Both the position numbers and the translations under genes were made by a program. This document shows, one piece after another, positions 45,160 to 54,039 of a stretch of 64,000 nucleotides of DNA (positions are counted from its first letter, which is position 1; the number at the start of each line of letters is the position of its first letter). This DNA comes from a bacterium (GTDB lineage Bacteria > UBA4055). Location: NCBI GenBank assembly GCA_029559475.1, contig JAKQBN010000030.1, forward strand, positions 10,756-74,755, in the 5' to 3' direction. The notes under the pieces are model-generated. The model was not told where the DNA came from and ran no database searches. It saw nothing but the letters and a program-made list of their open reading frames with translations.

Positions 45160-48100
45160 TTACAGATCTTCCTTTACATACTTATCAAGATAAAACTTGA
45201 GCGACTGTTTTGACAGCGATATCTGTTCCGGTAGCGGGAAATAGACGAGATACCACGGTTTTTTCAGCTTTATCAGAGTATATATGAAATTATTTTTTAT
45301 CGTGAATGAGAACAGATCGACCTTTATGCCCGGGAATGCGTTGAGGGTATTTTTTATCATCCCCGCAGTTTGATCGCCGGAGTTCTTATTGAGGAATTCA
45401 AGCAGATATTTTGCATCATCGCCCGAAAGCTTGGAGAGATTTATTTCACCGTTCAAATCAGGTTCATTTATGAAGTCGAGTCCTTTTGAATTCAGCTTCA
45501 CTATAACATTGAGCTCTGTAGAAGGGCTGTGCTTTGTCTTTTTCCTGTTGAGATAGTAAGTGTTAAGACCGGTCATGGTCAGTCCCAGGTCGAGGTTCGC
45601 TCTTGTGATTATATCGTCAAATCCGCCTTCCCCGAGATCGAGCCTGATAAATCCGTCCGTGTTCCCGTCGAATATCTCATAATAGAATCTGTTCAGGCAG
45701 AATTTGTTGTTGTCGAAAAATACGTCGAGATCGATATTTCTTATAGTGTTCCTGAATAATTTATGATCGACAGCCACTGTATCGATTTTGAGGTTTGAAA
45801 CAGGCACACCGTTCTTCCTGTAGTGTTCCCTCATATCCTTATATTCTATAAAATCGAATTCGTCAGGTATATCGTACTTTTTATAGCCGTTGAGCTTCAT
45901 TTCCTTCAGATCAAGTTTCGCATTTAGCGGAATATCGGCGTTCAGATTTACTATCCTGACCTCATTGCCCAAAGAATCCAGCTCTATGACCATGCTGATG
46001 TTTTGAATAGTTTCTGTATGTTCGAAAGAAGCTGTTTTCATATTGCCTTTCAGCTTTGTAGCGCCGGAAATATTACCTTTGAGATCATAAATTCCCTTCA
46101 GGAACGGATACTTCTTCTGCAGTCCGAGCTTATGCGTGATCTCAAGATCGTACATGTTCACACTGTCCTTCAAATTCGCCGTACCTTTGACGTTAAGATC
46201 GGTTTCGAGCGCGGGCACAGACAGGCTGAGTTTGTTTATCCTGACTTCACCCGTTTCTGTATATCTGATGTTATTCTCAAGCTTTGCATTCCCGGTTATC
46301 CCCATTTCTTTCAGGATGCCGGCATAATCTCCGCCGCTGACATTTATGTCGCCGATCAGAGAAATATCCTTCGTTATCAAATTGACTTTCTGGCTGACGG
46401 TCAGACCGTTCTTTAAAGCTATATCATCGTGATATAAAGAATCAGCTTTTAGATCAAGCCTGAGTTCCGATGTTGATTCCTGCTTCGTAATATTCCCGCC
46501 GCCTTCCGCTGAAATATTCAGGCTTCCGTTGTACAGCCTTGTGTTCTGTATCTGAGGTATCCCGGTCGCTTTTCCCACCTTAAGCAGCTCGTCAAGATCC
46601 GCCGAAACGTCAAATTTCGCCATGCTGACATCGTTCGATCCGAGATCGGCGAAAAGGTCTTTTATATCCGCGGAGAACATATCGTTCAGCTTTGCTGTAA
46701 ATTCGTATATTTTATATTTTGAAGACGGATGTCCGCTGATATCTGCGTACAGGTAAGTTTCGAGACTGGCATCTTTCGCTGCAGAATACATTGAGGCGGT
46801 TTCATTATTGTATTCCGTTGTCACATTGAGAGTGTTCTTAAGTTCTCCGCGCGAATATTTCAGATCTTCATCAAGGGTAATATAAAGTCCTGCCGGGGCT
46901 GAATCGATAATAGTGTGCGGATGGATCCTGTCCGCTTTTATGATCAGATCGGCTTTTGTGCGTTTTATCAGCGCGGGAAGTGAAGTGTTCGTCAGATCAA
47001 ATGTAGCGTCGGCCTTAATATTTATATTTCCTTCAGCTACATCTTTGATGTCATATTCGAGTTTTGCGCTTTCAGGCAAAAAATCGCTTTTCAGCTTGGG
47101 CACAATTGAAAGCTTCTGCGCTCCGGTAGAATATTTTTTCCCGGAAATGACCGCGCTTATGCTTTCAAGCGCAAGATCCAGGTTTACTCCGCTGCTCAGA
47201 AGTTTATAATCCTTCATCTCTGCGGCGAATCCGCTTTTTATAGCCATCCCGTTGGCCAAAGCAGAAATATCTTTCTTTTTATAACTGACCGCACCGGCCG
47301 AAAGATCAAGATAGCCGACCGCTTTAATGATATTCTGCGCGGCATCGTAGTATAGCTCAAGATCGCTCAGGGTTAGTTCTGAACTCTTAAGACTTAGAAA
47401 ACTCAGATCAGCAAGCTTATCGGCTTTGACGAACGATACAAGTTTATCAAGATCGGCATAAATTTCAGGAATGCTTATTTTAGCTTTCTGCGACGAAGAA
47501 AGTCCGGCTATCGTTCCTGTGATCTCTGTTCTGAACATATCAGAAATGTTCAGCGATAATTTCTGAAGATCTAAGGAATCCATATTAAGATTATAATTTG
47601 CTTTTAAATTTATGTCAACAGCGCCTGTGTGTTCGATATTCATCGCGCCTGTACGCAGCCTAAGCTCTCTTATATTATGCGTAAGTTCAGCTTCAATTTT
47701 CTCATTTTTAGCGCTGATCTTCAGAACCATATCCTGAAAGAACCTGATATCGTTCGATTTATCTGTGAATATAAACCCGTTCCTGTCGCCTGTACTGAAT
47801 TCAACGTCAGCACTATAATTATCCATATCCTTAAAATTCACATCATTGAGTTTTAAAGTGTAAAGCGGCAGAACAGCTTTCATCGGATTTTCAGGCGATC
47901 TGTCTTCATAAATAGCTTCGAGATCGTTCAGTTCGAAATTTTTCAGATCTATTATGAATTTCGCACCTGAAGAAGGCTCTTCCGGCTTTTCCGGCGGAGG
48001 CGGCTCCTCTTTGCTTTTGAATTTCTCAATGATACCGTCGAAATTGAATCTGCCGTCCGCATCCCGCACAATATTTATTTTCGGGTGATCGATCTTTATG

Positions 48101-48423
48101 GTTTTAACTACAAGCTGCTTATCAAGAAGCGGCCACAGATCATACTTTAAAGTGAAAGATTCCATGCTGAAAAGCGAATCCGGAACGTCATTGTCCGTGA
48201 AGCTGAACTTGTCGATCTTTATCCCGCTGAAAAGGCTGAAATCAATGCTCTCGATCTCAACTCCGAGGTTATATTTCTCTTTCATATAGGATTCGATCTT
48301 TGAGATCAGGAAAGAAGATGGGAAAAAATACTGCAGCATTAAAATTATGCCTGCAATCAATAATACGATCCCGCCCGTTATGTATAACATCCATTTGAGT
48401 ATTTTTTTCGGCTTGAATTTCAT
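45160..48423 (-). CDS. AsmA-family envelope-spanning protein
   Basis: N-terminal TM anchor, DLWPLL...I.IDHPKINIVRDADGRFNF AsmA-type motif, long beta-rich body. Confidence 0.75.
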   Translation of the reverse strand: MKFKPKKILKWMLYITGGIVLLIAGIILMLQYFFPSSFLISKIESYMKEKYNLGVEIESIDFSLFSGIKIDKFSFTDNDVPDSLFSMESFTLKYDLWPLLDKQLVVKTIKIDHPKINIVRDADGRFNFDGIIEKFKSKEEPPPPEKPEEPSSGAKFIIDLKNFELNDLEAIYEDRSPENPMKAVLPLYTLKLNDVNFKDMDNYSADVEFSTGDRNGFIFTDKSNDIRFFQDMVLKISAKNEKIEAELTHNIRELRLRTGAMNIEHTGAVDINLKANYNLNMDSLDLQKLSLNISDMFRTEITGTIAGLSSSQKAKISIPEIYADLDKLVSFVKADKLADLSFLSLKSSELTLSDLELYYDAAQNIIKAVGYLDLSAGAVSYKKKDISALANGMAIKSGFAAEMKDYKLLSSGVNLDLALESISAVISGKKYSTGAQKLSIVPKLKSDFLPESAKLEYDIKDVAEGNINIKADATFDLTNTSLPALIKRTKADLIIKADRIHPHTIIDSAPAGLYITLDEDLKYSRGELKNTLNVTTEYNNETASMYSAAKDASLETYLYADISGHPSSKYKIYEFTAKLNDMFSADIKDLFADLGSNDVSMAKFDVSADLDELLKVGKATGIPQIQNTRLYNGSLNISAEGGGNITKQESTSELRLDLKADSLYHDDIALKNGLTVSQKVNLITKDISLIGDINVSGGDYAGILKEMGITGNAKLENNIRYTETGEVRINKLSLSVPALETDLNVKGTANLKDSVNMYDLEITHKLGLQKKYPFLKGIYDLKGNISGATKLKGNMKTASFEHTETIQNISMVIELDSLGNEVRIVNLNADIPLNAKLDLKEMKLNGYKKYDIPDEFDFIEYKDMREHYRKNGVPVSNLKIDTVAVDHKLFRNTIRNIDLDVFFDNNKFCLNRFYYEIFDGNTDGFIRLDLGEGGFDDIITRANLDLGLTMTGLNTYYLNRKKTKHSPSTELNVIVKLNSKGLDFINEPDLNGEINLSKLSGDDAKYLLEFLNKNSGDQTAGMIKNTLNAFPGIKVDLFSFTIKNNFIYTLIKLKKPWYLVYFPLPEQISLSKQSLKFYLDKYVKEDL

Positions 48424-48428
48424 CAGGT

Positions 48429-49166
48429 TTATTTTTTCAGTAATTGAATTTTAAATTCAGCACCTTGATCAGAACTTGAGATCATGTGTTCATAATTTGG
48501 ATATTTCTCAAGTATGAGCCGCAGAAAATATATATCCGGACATTTATCTGTTTCTTCTTCTTCGAGGCTGATCTTTCTTTCCGAATTGACTGAAAGCCAT
48601 ACGCAGTTGTCAAGGTTCCGGGTTCTGTAAACGATCCTGTTATCCTTATCACCTTCAGGGACTGAATCTATCATTTGCTTTGTAACAGCATATAATATGC
48701 AATAAATGTCCTTGTTTACCATTTTTATGAACGGATTCCCGTCAAGTTCGGTCTCTACTTTTGTTTCGTGTTTGAATTTCCTGTCGAATTTGAAAAAATC
48801 ACAGAATGATCTCACTGCCCCGTTTATGTCTATCATCTGAATTCCGGGCGTATTCTCGTTGAATATTTTATCGTTTATCACTTTTATAAAGGCATTAAGC
48901 TCATTCATGGGTTCTTTGAGCTGCTCTGATATTTTGAGCATATCATCATATTCGACTTTTTTGAAATTATATTCTGCTTCGCTCATACCTTCTTTTGCGG
49001 CTTCGAGTTTTTTGATCTTCATCTGAATTTTCATATTGAAAAGCTGAAGTTTTGAATCTACGGCAGTGATTTTACCGTTTATGTTATGGACAAAACCGGG
49101 CATCAGAACCCCGTACTGCATATTAAAATATTGTTCCTTGAGCGCTTCTATCAGTTCCTTTTCCAT
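48429..49166 (-). CDS. Degenerate histidine-kinase-like protein
   Basis: H-box-like GFVHNINGKITA and C-terminal GAEFKIQL; N/G1/G2 ATP boxes are not recognisable. Confidence 0.55.
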   Translation of the reverse strand: MEKELIEALKEQYFNMQYGVLMPGFVHNINGKITAVDSKLQLFNMKIQMKIKKLEAAKEGMSEAEYNFKKVEYDDMLKISEQLKEPMNELNAFIKVINDKIFNENTPGIQMIDINGAVRSFCDFFKFDRKFKHETKVETELDGNPFIKMVNKDIYCILYAVTKQMIDSVPEGDKDNRIVYRTRNLDNCVWLSVNSERKISLEEEETDKCPDIYFLRLILEKYPNYEHMISSSDQGAEFKIQLLKK

Positions 49167-49272
49167 AACTTGAGCCTCTTTATGTTCTTTTATAACTTAA
49201 CTGTATAATATAGGATTGAATGTTATATTATTCAAGAAATAAATGCTGATATTCGCGCGGGTGGCATTATAT

Positions 49273-49642
49273 TGCCCGGCATAAGTTCATCTATAAACTT
49301 TAATTTAGAGGTGTAACGGGATCCGTTCTTATATGAATTATGTCTCTCCGCATGACCGGCAGTGGTTATTTAGAAGAGTGATATATTTTGATAAGCAGAA
49401 ACGCATCCTCGCTTTATCGTTTGAACGAGCCGTATATCCGGAGAAAAAATATCAAAGATCGTGCCGGTACGATTCAGATCCAAATTATCATATAATTAAT
49501 GCTGATATTTTTTTGGAGAATGATATGCGAGTGATATTAATGCCGGCTTAGCCGGTTGCGGTCTGCTTAGAAAAATTATAAAAAGAGACCAAATTGAACG
49601 GATGGCTGCAGGATGAGATCCGGAATGAATTTATACCGGGCA
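49273..49642 (+). repeat. Dispersed mosaic structured repeat, copy 3, bounded by an 18-bp imperfect inverted repeat
   Basis: Core 49354-49642 is homologous to copies 1 and 2. TGCCCGGCATAAGTTCAT / ATGAATTTATACCGGGCA match at 16 of 18 positions. Confidence 0.88.
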
Positions 49643-49695
49643 TGAAAACGATATTACAAGAACATATTGAAAGGGCAAAACAAGTGTATGAAATA

Positions 49696-49722
49696 AAAAT
49701 GAGGGAATAATCCCTCACTTTT
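49696..49722 (-). terminator. Intrinsic terminator of the ECF operon
   Basis: TGAGGGA-N4-TCCCTCA stem flanked by A/T runs, just after the 49744 stop. Confidence 0.7.
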
Positions 49723-49743
49723 AAATAGTTATGAAAATTCCGT

Positions 49744-51231
49744 TTAGTAGTTATAGATATACGACAACTGGAACTGGTAAGGATTCACGCCTGAATCAAG
49801 TCTTCTGTGGATCGAGAACATATAGTTTTCGCCCAGAGTAAGACCGACACCGAATGAAGTTTTCATTGACTTAATCCCGAAATCCCCGATATCTTCCGTC
49901 AGATCATCCGAATCACTGTTATAAGCTTCGCCCATATCGAAAATAGCTCTGATCTCAGTCAGATCGATCCCGGTAAAACCGATCACGAACCTGTCGTAAA
50001 ATCCCCTGTTGCCGACAAATTCATTCAGCCTGTAGCCGGGAAGCGTCCCTGTTCCGCCCATACTGATATATTTAAAATTCGGTGTAGTCCTTTTATCGGT
50101 ATAATCGATCGGCGTGCACGATTCAAGCCTGAATAAGTTTGAAAATACCATAATGTCTTTGAACTTATTCTCGACAAAAATGCTGAAAAGCCCTTTCTTG
50201 AAAGAAAAATCCTGATCGTACTGGTCGAGCGTCTTTTCATAAGTAAAATAAGTGTCGACAAATGTTCCGTATCTTTTCAGATTACCTATATATCTGCCAG
50301 AAACCAGCAGATCCACCATATCCCCGGAATTTGCATTATTACCATCGTAAAATTTATTCTTAATAAAATCCCTGTCGTTAAAGAACAGCGCCCAGTTAGT
50401 TTTATTCTTCAAAGAGTCTATCTCTTCGCTGTAAACTCCGGCTTTAACTGCGAATTCGTGCTCCATATCATCATTTTTTATCTTATAGACCGAACCTGCG
50501 AAAAGCCCGAAACCTTCGGTCTTGTAGTAATTATAGAAGTCCTGGTGAAGCAGAAATGCCGATAACGAGTTCATAAGCACAGGAAGCTTTCTCTGATCTT
50601 CAGATGCCACTCCGCTGAATTCGCAGCCGCCGAGAATAAGCTTTTCATCAAAGAATGACAGCCTCTGATCAGCATAATATTCCCAGTCTTTCATCCTGAA
50701 AGCATATCCGCCCGAAGCGTACATATCGAAATCTACATATTCCGTATTGATCAAATCAAATTCGCCATTTAGACCTAAATACAACCCTTCCACCTTGGAA
50801 TATGTCATAAAATCCTTTCTGATCAGAGAGTTATGAAAGAAGAAACCTTTTTTATCTTCGCTTGAAATACTTATCGTTATCCTGCTGTCTTCATCGGAAT
50901 CCGTGCTGTCGGTCTTATTCAGAATAAAATTCTTTATCTCGTCCACAACATAATAGCTTGCTTCGTCATCCATATGATCGTTCTTAAAAACCTTTCCTGC
51001 GAAAGCTTTGACTTCGCCAGTCACTTTTCCCGCTTCACCTATCCTGATATCGCCCGCAAACACTTCAAGATTACCTTCAAGATAACCGTCTATCTGAGCA
51101 TTCCCTTTAAAAACCTTTACATCTGATTTTAACGTATCTCCTGCCGCAAGCGTATAATCCGTGAACTTCGATACGGTCTCAGCGCTGAGCAGTCCGGCAG
51201 TTATTATTATTGATATTATTAATGATCTCAT
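49744..51231 (-). CDS. Outer-membrane protein: N-terminal beta-helix-like repeat plus Omp85/BamA-like barrel
   Basis: Signal peptide, GNLEVFAGDIRI repeats, YSKVEG, GGTGTLPGY...F.GNR and SFGVG motifs. Confidence 0.62.
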   Translation of the reverse strand: MRSLIISIIITAGLLSAETVSKFTDYTLAAGDTLKSDVKVFKGNAQIDGYLEGNLEVFAGDIRIGEAGKVTGEVKAFAGKVFKNDHMDDEASYYVVDEIKNFILNKTDSTDSDEDSRITISISSEDKKGFFFHNSLIRKDFMTYSKVEGLYLGLNGEFDLINTEYVDFDMYASGGYAFRMKDWEYYADQRLSFFDEKLILGGCEFSGVASEDQRKLPVLMNSLSAFLLHQDFYNYYKTEGFGLFAGSVYKIKNDDMEHEFAVKAGVYSEEIDSLKNKTNWALFFNDRDFIKNKFYDGNNANSGDMVDLLVSGRYIGNLKRYGTFVDTYFTYEKTLDQYDQDFSFKKGLFSIFVENKFKDIMVFSNLFRLESCTPIDYTDKRTTPNFKYISMGGTGTLPGYRLNEFVGNRGFYDRFVIGFTGIDLTEIRAIFDMGEAYNSDSDDLTEDIGDFGIKSMKTSFGVGLTLGENYMFSIHRRLDSGVNPYQFQLSYIYNY

Positions 51232-51249
51232 TTTATTTCCCCGCTTTTG

Positions 51250-52383
51250 CTATTTTACAGTTATGCTGCCCATGCTTTTACTGATCCTGAGGCATTTTTT
51301 ATTTTTATTGCAGATCCTTATGTCCGAATCAAAATCCATTCCTGATTTATAATCGGCTTTTTCATCGTTGACCGAAACATAATAATCGTACGATGCCGGA
51401 TCTTTCAGTCCTACCTCGATATCACCGAAGCTGACTTTAATATCCGAATCGGTTTTACCCGCTATCCTGTGATTTGAAAGTTCGATCTCACCCATATTGA
51501 CTTCAAGATTCAGATCTGCCTCGGATCCGGAAATCTCCAGATCACCTGCATTGAGTTCGACATTTATCATATCCAGCTTAGAGTTGCTGATATCTATTCC
51601 TCCTAAAGATGATTTCACCTTTATTCTGTCGCCTTTCAGATCGCTGATCTTTACTTCGCCGCTCTGATTGACGATGTCGACCCATGTCACGGTCGATGAA
51701 CTTATCTTTACATCTCCGACCTGGAATGAGCCTGAAAGCTTCCCGTTAAATCCGCTCAGGTCGAACTCGCCTGATTTATTATCGGCTTTAACAGAGCCGG
51801 TTATTTTTTTCAGATTGATATCTCCGGAGAATGTTCTAATATCAAGTACTCCTTCAAAATCCTCGACATTCAGATCGCCGGATTTACTCCTGTAATTTAT
51901 TACTCCCGATACTCTGCTGATATCCGTGTCCATGTTCTTCCCGTTGAGCAGAAGTTCGCCTTTGATGTCTTTAACGTTAAGATCTCCGTTGTCAAGCGTA
52001 ACTATGACAGAAACGTTCGCCGGTGTGAATATTGTCAGATATTCGCCGTCCCCGCTTTTTTTCTCAAGCCCTATCTTAAGCTCTTTATTAATTATAGTGA
52101 CTTTAGCGTCCGGTTTTGAATTTTCATCTGCTTTAAGCTCTGCCGACCTAAGCTGGTCTTCGGTCATTGATTTCTTGGAAAAATACAGTTCAATGGCTTT
52201 ATTTTTGGTTCCTATTACGCTCGCATTAAGATTTTTTCCCTCGCAGGTGATCTGCCTGATACTCTGATTATCGAGAGTGATCTTCTTTATTCCTCCGCCT
52301 GTCTGAGTCGTATAATCAGTCGCATACAGCCCGGCCGCGATCACAACCGGAATCATGACGGATACTATTCTTTTTATATTCAT
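51250..52383 (-). CDS. DUF4097-like (adhesin-like) beta-strand repeat protein
   Basis: Signal peptide; repeated SGDL/SGDI/SGEV/MGEI units; ends SMGSITVK. Confidence 0.75.
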   Translation of the reverse strand: MNIKRIVSVMIPVVIAAGLYATDYTTQTGGGIKKITLDNQSIRQITCEGKNLNASVIGTKNKAIELYFSKKSMTEDQLRSAELKADENSKPDAKVTIINKELKIGLEKKSGDGEYLTIFTPANVSVIVTLDNGDLNVKDIKGELLLNGKNMDTDISRVSGVINYRSKSGDLNVEDFEGVLDIRTFSGDINLKKITGSVKADNKSGEFDLSGFNGKLSGSFQVGDVKISSSTVTWVDIVNQSGEVKISDLKGDRIKVKSSLGGIDISNSKLDMINVELNAGDLEISGSEADLNLEVNMGEIELSNHRIAGKTDSDIKVSFGDIEVGLKDPASYDYYVSVNDEKADYKSGMDFDSDIRICNKNKKCLRISKSMGSITVK

Positions 52384-52384
52384 T

Positions 52385-53332
52385 TTATCTTCCTTTTTCG
52401 CTGTTTGAATTTATCTCTTCAGCTTTGAATCTGAAGTATTCGCTGTTTTCGGAAGAAGCGCTTCTTGCCGCTTTGCCGGCATATTCGGAATCGCTTTCTT
52501 CGAGAAGCGTAAGAGCCTGGATCCTGTTCGTCTCATCTCTGTCGTTAAGTACGACCTGATAAAGGGCTTCTCTTACGTCTTTTTCCTTGATCTGATCTCC
52601 GAGCATCTTCATAGCTTTTCTTCGGATGATGGGATCAGTATCGTTCTGCATCGTTTTTATAAGCGTCTCTTTGAACCTCGGATCGCTCGTTTTGTCTATG
52701 GCCTTCAATGTTTTCAACTTTACGCCGGTGTTGTTCTCATTCTCGACCAGATACTTTAGGGTATTGATGATTGCCGGATCATTCTTCAACCCTTTTATTA
52801 CTTTATTTGTGCTTACGTTAAAATCTATAGTTATCTCATCGCCGGATTCATCTATTTTTAGATTTTCAACTTTATATTTATTCATATCTACATCTTTATA
52901 TATCGATTCACCGCTTACAACAGCCACATTTTCATAAGGTATCGCCCCTGTTTTTATGCCGGATTCGATAGGCCCGTTATTATTTTTTTCCTGGCCTTTA
53001 AAATGAAACATTGTCGCGTAGAAAGTCAGAAGTATGACCGCCGCGTACTGTAAAAATCTTCTCCCGTAGTTATTAAGTATATCTGTAAAATTTATCTTTT
53101 TATTTTCATTTGATATTGCAGCTGACAATTTTTCTCTGTTCGACTCCAGAAGTTCATCTGAAGCTTTGGAGAATACATCTTTGTCCAGCATCGCTTTCTC
53201 TTTTTTCAACAAATTATAATATTTTTTTAATTCAGGATCGTTTTCGATCTTTTTTAAAATATTCTTTTTTTCGTCCGCGTTAACGATCTCATCGTAAACC
53301 AGATCGAAAATTTTATCTTTTATATTGTCCAT
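52385..53332 (-). CDS. Putative anti-sigma factor with TM helix and HEAT repeats
   Basis: Directly downstream of the ECF sigma; single TM; ENNTGVKLKTL, DTDPIIRRKAM and DETNRIQAL repeats. Confidence 0.75.
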   Translation of the reverse strand: MDNIKDKIFDLVYDEIVNADEKKNILKKIENDPELKKYYNLLKKEKAMLDKDVFSKASDELLESNREKLSAAISNENKKINFTDILNNYGRRFLQYAAVILLTFYATMFHFKGQEKNNNGPIESGIKTGAIPYENVAVVSGESIYKDVDMNKYKVENLKIDESGDEITIDFNVSTNKVIKGLKNDPAIINTLKYLVENENNTGVKLKTLKAIDKTSDPRFKETLIKTMQNDTDPIIRRKAMKMLGDQIKEKDVREALYQVVLNDRDETNRIQALTLLEESDSEYAGKAARSASSENSEYFRFKAEEINSNSEKGR

Positions 53333-53346
53333 TTTTTCACCCTCTC

Positions 53347-53898
53347 TTATATACTGATATTGTTTTTTATATTCTCGACCGCTCTGAAAAAATACTTTTT
53401 CACGGTGCCTTCATTCAAAGACATCGTTTCGGCTATTTCTCTAAACTTCATTCCTTCGCAGCTCTTCATATATACTACCGTCCTCTGCTGTAATGAAAGC
53501 TTATCGATCTCTTTTTTCACAAGCTCCAGCTTTTCTTCATCCGTAAGTTCGGGTTCCACGTCAGGTTCCATATCCTGATCTCCTTCTGATGAATGAATGT
53601 ATTCATTAAATTCCGCATGATCTATCTTTTTATTATACTGTGTATAAGCCGTATTGACTGCGATTCTGTACAGCCACGTATAGAACGATGATCTTTTGTT
53701 GAACTGTCCAAGGTTGTTGTAGACCTTTATGAACGTGTTCTGATAAGCGTCGGAAGCGTCGTCTTCGTTCTTCAGTATGTTCAGTAATAGATTCATGATC
53801 TGCCTGTCGTATTTCCTTATGAGCCTTTCAAAAGCTTTTCCATCGCCTTTGACCGCTCTGTTTATCAGCTCGTTCTCTATTTCTTTCAGTTCGTTCAT
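53347..53898 (-). CDS. ECF RNA polymerase sigma factor
   Basis: GDGKAFERL, DASDAYQNTFIKVY, SFYTWLYRIAVN and FREIAETM...GTVK motifs. Probable start MNELK with AAGGA SD (ORF track start 53979). Confidence 0.93.
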   Translation of the reverse strand: MNELKEIENELINRAVKGDGKAFERLIRKYDRQIMNLLLNILKNEDDASDAYQNTFIKVYNNLGQFNKRSSFYTWLYRIAVNTAYTQYNKKIDHAEFNEYIHSSEGDQDMEPDVEPELTDEEKLELVKKEIDKLSLQQRTVVYMKSCEGMKFREIAETMSLNEGTVKKYFFRAVENIKNNISI

Positions 53899-53992
53899 TC
53901 GCTTTTCCTTTTTTCCCCGGGGAGCGGTCGACCGCTTTTGCCAGCCTTCGAGAAGTTCCGGTCGGCCGGCACCTTCCATCGCTTCTCAACCC

Positions 53993-54019
53993 TTAGACCC
54001 CTGTTATTTAAAAAAGTTG
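53993..54019 (-). promoter_or_regulatory. ECF (RpoE-like) promoter, probably autoregulatory
   Basis: Minus strand CAACTT-N16-TCTAA, compared with the RpoE consensus GAACTT-N16-TCTRA. Confidence 0.72.
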
Positions 54020-54039
54020 TCATAATATGTTTTCTTGAT

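Noticed and set aside
24767..49642. Repeat copies as a CRISPR array or attC sites
   Set aside because: They are dispersed rather than tandem, there is no repeat-spacer periodicity, no cas or intI gene is present, and I found no RYYYAAC/GTTRRRY ends.
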